Shown here piece after piece: positions 56,918 through 64,000 of a stretch of DNA of 64,000 nt. The stretch spans positions 1,664,001-1,728,000 of the forward strand of contig CP143273.1 in assembly GCA_051013385.1 (NCBI GenBank). Reading direction: 5' to 3'. The translations under genes were made by a program, and so were the position numbers. Numbering within the stretch: the first letter of the stretch is position 1; each line of letters begins with the position of its first letter. This DNA is from Phormidium sp. Its GTDB lineage: Bacteria; Cyanobacteriota; Cyanobacteriia; Cyanobacteriales; Aerosakkonemataceae. The notes under the pieces are model-generated. The model was not told where the DNA came from, made no database searches, and saw only the letters and a program-made list of their open reading frames with translations.

Positions 56918-59530
56918 TTACCATTGAGGTTGTTCAGCCAATAATGCTGTTGCTGCTTCACTATTTAGCGGTTTAGAAAAATAATAACCCTGTACATATT
57001 CACATCCCAAATCTCGCAATATTTCCATTTGTGAGGCTTTTTCAACTCCCTCAGCAACTACATCCATACCTAATTTATGACTGAGCATGATTACAGTTTG
57101 GACGATCGCTAAATTTTCACTACTATCTTCCATTCTGCTAACAAAAGAACGATCGACTTTTAACGTATCCACAGGAAAGCGATGTAAATAACTCAAAGAT
57201 GAATATCCAGTGCCAAAATCATCAATACTAAAACGCAAATTCAAAGCTTTTAAACGTAAGATACTAGCAATAGTCTTTTCCACATCTTGCATTGCCATAC
57301 TTTCAGTAATTTCTAGTTTTAAGTTATGTCCATCCAGCTTGGTTTCCTTGAGGATTTGTTCAACTCGCTCAGTTAAATCCGGTTGAGAAAACTGTTGACT
57401 GGAAAGATTAACACTTAACGATAAAGTTGATTGCAGCTTAAATTGCTCTTGCCAAATTTTTAATTGACGGCAAGCTTCCTTTAATATCCATTCACCCAAA
57501 GGAATAATTAAACCAGTTTCTTCAGCTAAGGGAATAAACTCAGCAGGTGAAATGAATTTACCCGGAGGTTGCCAACGAATTAAAGCTTCAAAACCCGTGA
57601 TTTTACCCGTTTTCAAAGATATGATTGGTTGGTAAAAAACTAGAAATTCCTGACTTGTGCCCGCAGTTAACTCAGCGAGCGATCTACGTAATTCATTTTC
57701 TAATTGCAAGCGAGAAACTATTTGGGTACGCATACCTGTAGAAAACAGTTCGTAACGTGCTTTACCCAATGCTTTAGCCCGATACATTGCCGTATGAGCA
57801 TCTCGTAAAAGTTCCTCTGGTTGGCGATTAATTAAACATTCTATCTCATCAGGTTTGTCACAACCTAACTGATTAAAAGCAATACCAAAGCTAGCCGAAA
57901 TAAATATTTGTTCACCTTTCATCACTTTAAAAGGCAAACTTAATTGTTTTTGGATTTCATCGGTTAGCAATGTTGCTTGATTAACATTACTAATATTTGT
58001 TAATAAGATCGCAAACTCATCTCCGCCAATCCGGGCTACTATATCTTGAGGACGTAGGCAAGATTTTAATCTTTTAGTTACAGCAATTAACAGTCGATCG
58101 CCTACTTGGTGGTTAAAATTATCATTAACTATCTTAAAGCGATCAAGATCTAAAAATATTACTGCTATTAAAGAGTTTTCCTGTTGTTGAGCGCGGGAAT
58201 TATTCTTCTCTATTTGTTTCAGAAAAAAAGTTCGATTTGGTAAACCTGTTAAAGCATCATAAAAAGTATAATGAAATAACTTATAAGCTGTTACACTACT
58301 GGCTGTAAGTAATAATCCCAATGCTGGTACTATTAGCGGCACCCATCCTGCTTGGGCAAAGCTAACAGAGAAAACTGTCAACAAAATTACTAACGCTACA
58401 GATGTCGTAATTCCTAAGAGTAATGGTCGGCGAAAGCGCCAGACTAGTATTCCTCCTATTAGCGACCAACCCCAAATCCAAAACCATTCTACCCACTGAG
58501 GCAAAAACCAAAATAAAGGTTGATTATCTTCCAGAGTACTGATTATTTGACTTACCATTTGAGCGTGAATCAGGACTCCCGGCATCACGGCTTTATCGCG
58601 ATCGGTTGCCGTATAAGGAGTGAAAAATAAATCTTTTTGACTGGGTGCGATCGTCCCAATCATTACTATTTTATCTTTCACTAAATCTGGATTGATTTCT
58701 CCATTTAAAACTTGCGTTAATGTTACCTGCGCCGCTATATTTTCACTTCTACTGCGATATTTTAATAATATTTGATAGCCTGTTGTATCAATATTTTGGT
58801 ATCCCCCAGAGTCAGAGTCTAAATTAGGCAAAACTTTTTTCCCCAATCTCAGCTGATGAGGCTCCGCTTTTAAATTAAAATTACGCTCTTGTAAATATTT
58901 TAAACTAATTCGTAACCCAAAAGAGTAGTATGCTTTGCCTTTTAGGGTAGCAAATATAAAATTCCGCCGAATTACTCCATCGGGATCGAGTACAAAATCA
59001 TTAAAACTAATTTGTTCTTTGGCTGCACTGGGGGGCGGCTTTACACTTTCATCTTTACTATCTCCCAATTTAGTAATTACAACTACATTTGGCGCTTGTA
59101 ATTCCTGAACTAGTTCAGTATGACCCGGCGGATACGGCATTTCTCGGTATAAATCTAAACCAATAACTTTTGGCTGATATAATTGCAGCGTTGCTATTAG
59201 TCTAGCCAATGTTTGATCCCAGAGCGGCCATTTCTTTTGTGCTCGGATATCTGCCTCGGTAATTCCCACTACCAAAATTCTCGGATCTGGTTTCATTTCC
59301 GGTTTTAATTGGGTAGCGCGATCGAATTCCATTAACTCCAACGGCTGCAAAACTTCCATCTGTCTGATTCCTAACAGCAAACCTGTCACTAACAAGCTAG
59401 TAATCACAACAGGTTGTTGACAAATTAGAAGTGATTTGGAGCCAAATTTTTTCATCCCAGCCAGAAATTCCTTGTTGGACAATAGCTGAGGTAGTTTGTG
59501 AAAAAGTTGCTCAGGCACAGAATTAAGCAA
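56918..59530 (-). CDS. CHASE2-GGDEF-EAL c-di-GMP enzyme
   Basis: CHASE2 (DPRILVVGITEADI, P-VIGLDLYR, DPDG-IRR, MPGV-IHAQ), three TM helices, RPQD I-site with GGDEF, EAL, DDFGTGYSSL. Confidence 0.95.
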   Translation of the reverse strand: MLNSVPEQLFHKLPQLLSNKEFLAGMKKFGSKSLLICQQPVVITSLLVTGLLLGIRQMEVLQPLELMEFDRATQLKPEMKPDPRILVVGITEADIRAQKKWPLWDQTLARLIATLQLYQPKVIGLDLYREMPYPPGHTELVQELQAPNVVVITKLGDSKDESVKPPPSAAKEQISFNDFVLDPDGVIRRNFIFATLKGKAYYSFGLRISLKYLQERNFNLKAEPHQLRLGKKVLPNLDSDSGGYQNIDTTGYQILLKYRSRSENIAAQVTLTQVLNGEINPDLVKDKIVMIGTIAPSQKDLFFTPYTATDRDKAVMPGVLIHAQMVSQIISTLEDNQPLFWFLPQWVEWFWIWGWSLIGGILVWRFRRPLLLGITTSVALVILLTVFSVSFAQAGWVPLIVPALGLLLTASSVTAYKLFHYTFYDALTGLPNRTFFLKQIEKNNSRAQQQENSLIAVIFLDLDRFKIVNDNFNHQVGDRLLIAVTKRLKSCLRPQDIVARIGGDEFAILLTNISNVNQATLLTDEIQKQLSLPFKVMKGEQIFISASFGIAFNQLGCDKPDEIECLINRQPEELLRDAHTAMYRAKALGKARYELFSTGMRTQIVSRLQLENELRRSLAELTAGTSQEFLVFYQPIISLKTGKITGFEALIRWQPPGKFISPAEFIPLAEETGLIIPLGEWILKEACRQLKIWQEQFKLQSTLSLSVNLSSQQFSQPDLTERVEQILKETKLDGHNLKLEITESMAMQDVEKTIASILRLKALNLRFSIDDFGTGYSSLSYLHRFPVDTLKVDRSFVSRMEDSSENLAIVQTVIMLSHKLGMDVVAEGVEKASQMEILRDLGCEYVQGYYFSKPLNSEAATALLAEQPQW

Positions 59531-60233
59531 AATTACGATAAGACATAACTTTTCAAGTGTTTTTCTCTAAGTCTAAAATGATGAATCTGATCGTCTCCCT
59601 GATTTATATCCCATACCATGTTACTTTTTTTAGGTAAAAGTCATATTTCTAAGACTATCTTATCCTCACATTAGCAAAATTTTTTTTTCACCCTATATTA
59701 CTTGTAACATTTTAGCTAATCATGTTACTAGAATTTTGCTTTGCTTAATCAAACTTTAGAATTCACCACTTAATAACTTAATAGTCAATTACTAATAAAA
59801 CTTTTCTAAATTTAATTTATGGCAAGCGAAATAAAGGTTAGGACATAATTAAATGCTTTCAGCATTGCCTTCTTAGCTTTTACCTTCTGCCCTGGAGCCT
59901 TCTGGCTTTTGCTATGGGTGGCAGATTTTAAACGATTAATTACCTGAAAAATGAAATTTATTTCTTTGTGCAGTTGTCTTCAGGCTAAGATTTTACTAGT
60001 CAACACTTAGGTAGCTGTAATCAAACTATAGAATAAAGAATATAACAGATTTTGGTTTTTTACATTTTGAACCAGCCAACATGGTGAAATATACAGATTT
60101 AAACAAATGACAAATTCTGTGTTTTTACGGAATCTTTTGTCTCAATAATCTGATTATAATCAATACAAGAGTGTTCCCAGATTGCTTGTCACAGTTTTTG
60201 TTGAGTAAACCTAAGACTTATTCGAGTTAATAG

Positions 60234-60965
60234 TTGGTTTATATGCGTAGTATAATCTTGCCTCAAATCATTGCAGCCTTTTGTTTAGTATCACTATTGG
60301 CTTTTTTTTCTGGTAGCGGAGCGAAACAAGCACTAGCGGAAGATGTTAGCCAAGCCAGAGAAGGCTTGCCCGGAAGACGAGTTGGCGGTGGCACTCGTTC
60401 TGATATGTTCATTTCGGAAATGCCTTTAGTAGCCTTAGTTCCAGACAATAATCAAGGGTTAACGGGATCGGCAACTCCCACATTATTGTTCTATGTTCCT
60501 AAAACTCAGAAGCCACAAATGGTTGAATTTGTGCTGGTTGACGAAAATGAACGTCCGATCTATGAAACAAAATTTACAACTGACGGAAAATCAGGAGTAG
60601 TTGGAATTACAATTCCCGGAAATGAACCAGCAAAAACCCTGGAAGTGGGCAAAACTTACCGTTGGTATTTTGCGATCGTTCCCGATGGGGAAAATCGCCG
60701 TTCAGATATTTATGTCCAAGGTTCCATTAAACGAGTCGCAGTGAACCAGGATTTAGAGAATAAACTAAAACAGGGCGCTTCTTTAGACCTAGCTGAGACA
60801 TATCAAACCAATAATCTCTGGTACGATGCAATGGCAACGCTAGCTGAATTACGTCGTTCCCGTCCTACTGATACAGCCGTAGCAACTAAATGGGAACAGC
60901 TATTGAATTCTGTTAATTTGCAAAAACTGTCACAAGAACCTTTAATGAGCTACAAGCAACAGTAA
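60234..60965 (+). CDS. DUF928 family protein
   Basis: Signal peptide, PGRRVGGGTR, LVALVP, PTLLFYVP, L-VGK-Y-W, WYDA---LA-L, W--LL-SV. Confidence 0.88.
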   Translation: MVYMRSIILPQIIAAFCLVSLLAFFSGSGAKQALAEDVSQAREGLPGRRVGGGTRSDMFISEMPLVALVPDNNQGLTGSATPTLLFYVPKTQKPQMVEFVLVDENERPIYETKFTTDGKSGVVGITIPGNEPAKTLEVGKTYRWYFAIVPDGENRRSDIYVQGSIKRVAVNQDLENKLKQGASLDLAETYQTNNLWYDAMATLAELRRSRPTDTAVATKWEQLLNSVNLQKLSQEPLMSYKQQ

Positions 60966-61008
60966 TCTTAACAATTAAAGTCAAAAGTGCTTTTTTGCTT
61001 TTTCGCTG

Positions 61009-61063
61009 CGCGATCGCACGGAAAACCCGTAAACTTAATCTACGGGTTTTCCGTGCGATCGCG
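61009..61063. terminator. Perfect 23-bp stem-loop with HIP1 at both outer ends
   Basis: CGCGATCGCACGGAAAACCCGTA-aacttaatc-TACGGGTTTTCCGTGCGATCGCG downstream of DUF928. Confidence 0.6.
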
Positions 61064-61161
61064 GATGTTTTACTTAGCCAGTACTGATTTAATTAACATA
61101 GATCAATATATTTTTAGTAAATTTTAATCGTAGTAAATTTACTTACTAGAGGTTAGTAGTA

Positions 61162-64000
61162 ATGGTTAAGAGCAAAACCGAGAGCCTTGAAATAGAGGGT
61201 GTATCTACTTTGAAGACAACTCAAGGACTTTTGGAAACAATTATTGACGATCTGCCTTTTCCGATCTGGGTTAAGGATAATTCGGGATGCTATTTATTAG
61301 TTAATTCGGCTGCTACACAAATTTTTCAAAAACCTAAAGAAGAAATTATCGGTAAAAATAGCTATCAAATATTTCCGGCTGAAGTAGCCACAAAACTGAG
61401 TCAAAAAGAGCAGCAAACAATTAATGATTATCAGCAGCAAATAATCCGAGAAACTTTTCAGGTAAAGGGAAGGGAAAAAAGTTATCTCACTACGATTAAA
61501 CCTTGGAACGACGAACAAGGAAATATTGTCGGAATAGTGGGAATTTCTCAAGAAGATCCTTTCGCAATTGAAAATAGTACTAATCTCCTGCATACAGTAA
61601 TCGAATCAATCCCAGAAACATTCTATGTTAAAGATATTCAAGGGCGGTATGTCTTAATTAATTCGGTGGGAGTTGCTAATATTGGCAAAACAGTCAGCGA
61701 TTTTATCGGCAAAGATGACACAGAAATATTTCCTTTAGAATTTGCTCGCCAACTGCAAGAGAACGATCGCCAGATCATGAATACAGGAGAACCACAAATT
61801 ATCGAAGAAACTGTCAATTATGGAAATCATCAGCAAGTTTTCTTATCACGCAAAAATGTTTGGCGAGACTCCCAAGGAAACATTATTGGTTTAGTTGGTT
61901 TTACTCAGGATATTACTACGCAAAAGCTCCAAGAAGTAGCCTTAAAACAACAAGCAAGAATTTTAGATCAATTATATGATTCAGTAGTTACTACCGATCT
62001 TAATGGCATAGTTACTCGTTGGAATAAAGCAGCAGAACGTCTCTATGGCTACAGTGCAACCGAAGCAATAGGTCAGTCAGTAACTTTTCTTTATCCACCA
62101 GAAGAACAGGAACATTTTGCCACAAAAATTATTCCCGCTTTGCAACAGCAAGGCGTTTATGAAGGAGAACTCAAAAGTTGTCGTAAGGGAGGAGAAATCC
62201 TTGACATTTTCATCAACATTTCTTGGGAAAACAACGAACAAGGAGAAGTTGTGGGAATGATTGGCTATGCGATCGATATTACCGAACGCAAACGCATCGA
62301 AGAAGAACGCCGCCGACAGGAAATAGCACTGCGGAAAAGTGAAGAACTTTCTCGCACATTAATAGAACATATTCCTAATGGTTCAGTATTTTTATTCGAT
62401 CGCGATCGTCGCTTTTTAATAGCAGGTGGTTCCGAACTGACAAAAGTTGGACTTTCCCCTGCTGATTTAGAAGGTAAATTTCCTCATGATATCTGGCCTC
62501 CCAATGAATATCAACTATTTGATAGATTTTCCCAAGCAGCTTTAGCAGGCCAAATGCTCAAAGATGAAATATCTTATTACAATACTGTTTACCTGGCACA
62601 AGCAGTACCAGTGAAAAACTCTTCAGGAGAAATTTTTGCTGGATTGCTAATTGTGCAAAACATTACTGAACGCAAACAAGCCGAATCAGCTATTGAAGAA
62701 TCAGCAAATCGGCTAGAACTTCTTAATAGAATTGCTGGACAAATTCGGGCTTCTCTAGATTTAGATACTATCTTAGAAACAGTAGTTACTAGTATCCGGG
62801 AATTATTTGAAATTGATGCTTGCACATTTGTCTGGTATGTAAGTGATAATTACCAGGCATCAGAACATGAAAATTTCTTCGGCTCTCTGAACAACTCAGG
62901 AACTAATAGTGGACAAACGGAAACCGCAGTTTGGCAAGCAGTTAAAGAAGCCAGAAATCCCAGTTTACCTAGTTTTCTTGGGATTTATACTGACTCATTA
63001 CTTCAACCAATTTCTGGGAAAAGTTTGCAACAAGAAATAATCATTGTAGATGATACAGAAGCAGTTAGCGATCCAACGTTAAAGCAACTGTTGGAATCCT
63101 TTAATTGTTTATCTCTTTTGACAGTTCCTTTTCAAACTAATGGCGGTAAAGTGGGGTTTTTAAGCTGTTCTCACCACAGTAGCAAAAGAGCTTGGAAAGA
63201 AACTGAAATCGAATTAATTTTGGGAATAGCCGATAATTTAGCGATCGCCATCTCCCAAGCCGAACTTTACCAGAATAGCCAAAACTCTGCCAAAATTGCC
63301 TCAGAAAGAGCCTTACAATTAGAAAAAGCATTACAAGACCTGCAACGCACCCAAACACAGTTAATTCAATCAGAAAAAATGTCCTCTCTCGGACAACTAG
63401 TAGCGGGAGTCGCACACGAAATTAATAACCCAGTTAGCTTTATTTATGGCAACATTAAACCAGCACAGGAATATATTTCTGATTTACTAGAATTGGTGGA
63501 ATTATATCAAACAGAATATCCGCAACCCACAGCAAAAATCCAGTCCCAAATTGAATTAATTGATTTAGACTTTTTAATGGAAGATGTGCCCAAAATTCTC
63601 GATTCCATGAAAGTAGGGGCGGAACGTATTAGAGAAATTGTGCTTTCCCTGCGGAATTTCTCCCGGATGGATGAAGCACAAATCAAAAATGTTTGTATTC
63701 ATGATGGAATTGATAGTACCTTAAGATTGCTGCAAAATCGTCTCAAAGCTAAACCCGAACATCCAGAAATTTTAGTAGTGAAAAACTATGGACAATTGCC
63801 TTTGGTGGAATGTTATGCAGGACAATTAAATCAGGTATTTATGAATTTGCTGACTAATGCGATCGATGCTTTAGAAGAACGGAATAAAAAGCGATCGCTA
63901 ACTGACATTAAAGCCCACCCCAGCCAAATTGAAATCACTACTAAATTAGTTGATTCAGGGCAAATCGCAATTACTTTTAAAGATAATGGCCCAGGAATGT
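61162..64000 (+). CDS. Multi-PAS/GAF sensor histidine kinase, running off the window end (absent from the ORF track)
   Basis: Manual translation MVKSKTESLE...IIDDLPFPIWVKD; several PAS domains; GAF (QIRASLDLDTIL); QSEKMSSLGQLVAGVAHEINNP; LNQVFMNLLTNAIDA; KDNGPG. Confidence 0.93.
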   Translation, partial: MVKSKTESLEIEGVSTLKTTQGLLETIIDDLPFPIWVKDNSGCYLLVNSAATQIFQKPKEEIIGKNSYQIFPAEVATKLSQKEQQTINDYQQQIIRETFQVKGREKSYLTTIKPWNDEQGNIVGIVGISQEDPFAIENSTNLLHTVIESIPETFYVKDIQGRYVLINSVGVANIGKTVSDFIGKDDTEIFPLEFARQLQENDRQIMNTGEPQIIEETVNYGNHQQVFLSRKNVWRDSQGNIIGLVGFTQDITTQKLQEVALKQQARILDQLYDSVVTTDLNGIVTRWNKAAERLYGYSATEAIGQSVTFLYPPEEQEHFATKIIPALQQQGVYEGELKSCRKGGEILDIFINISWENNEQGEVVGMIGYAIDITERKRIEEERRRQEIALRKSEELSRTLIEHIPNGSVFLFDRDRRFLIAGGSELTKVGLSPADLEGKFPHDIWPPNEYQLFDRFSQAALAGQMLKDEISYYNTVYLAQAVPVKNSSGEIFAGLLIVQNITERKQAESAIEESANRLELLNRIAGQIRASLDLDTILETVVTSIRELFEIDACTFVWYVSDNYQASEHENFFGSLNNSGTNSGQTETAVWQAVKEARNPSLPSFLGIYTDSLLQPISGKSLQQEIIIVDDTEAVSDPTLKQLLESFNCLSLLTVPFQTNGGKVGFLSCSHHSSKRAWKETEIELILGIADNLAIAISQAELYQNSQNSAKIASERALQLEKALQDLQRTQTQLIQSEKMSSLGQLVAGVAHEINNPVSFIYGNIKPAQEYISDLLELVELYQTEYPQPTAKIQSQIELIDLDFLMEDVPKILDSMKVGAERIREIVLSLRNFSRMDEAQIKNVCIHDGIDSTLRLLQNRLKAKPEHPEILVVKNYGQLPLVECYAGQLNQVFMNLLTNAIDALEERNKKRSLTDIKAHPSQIEITTKLVDSGQIAITFKDNGPGM

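Noticed and set aside
61297..63415. Short minus-strand ORFs near the window end
   Set aside because: Antisense to the long histidine kinase ORF starting at 61162.

Overview
AT-rich chromosomal window from a cyanobacterium. Evidence is dense HIP1 octamers (GCGATCGC), STRR-type heptamer repeats and cyanobacterial protein families; an Oscillatoriales-like host is only an inference. Housekeeping genes (glsA, ParA-family, CYP110-type P450, mutS2, dps, obgE, tRNA-His, two multi-PAS histidine kinases) are interspersed with four notable blocks. (1) A candidate complete tRNA wobble-uridine cmo5U pathway: a peptidase-U32 pair plus cmoA-cmoB. Between them lies an MFS transporter gene split in frame by a full group II intron (12063-14484). 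(2) A decayed Tn7-like element of the type V-K CAST lineage (about 25843-30319) beside tRNA-His. It keeps both ends, a tnsB fragment and a signal-peptide/HEAT-repeat/TM/NACHT cargo gene. (3) A class II lanthipeptide-type cluster: a ProcM-like CCG-motif LanM, a Nif11-leader precursor with a protein-sized 93-aa core carrying one Cys, and an NHLP HlyD plus two ABC exporters. (4) A filamentous-haemagglutinin / CHAT protease / CHASE2-GGDEF-EAL / DUF928 module physically interleaved with block 3. Many MITE-, REP- and tandem-repeat elements occupy intergenic spaces. No CRISPR array or cas gene was found. All calls come from reading motifs by eye; no database searches were run.
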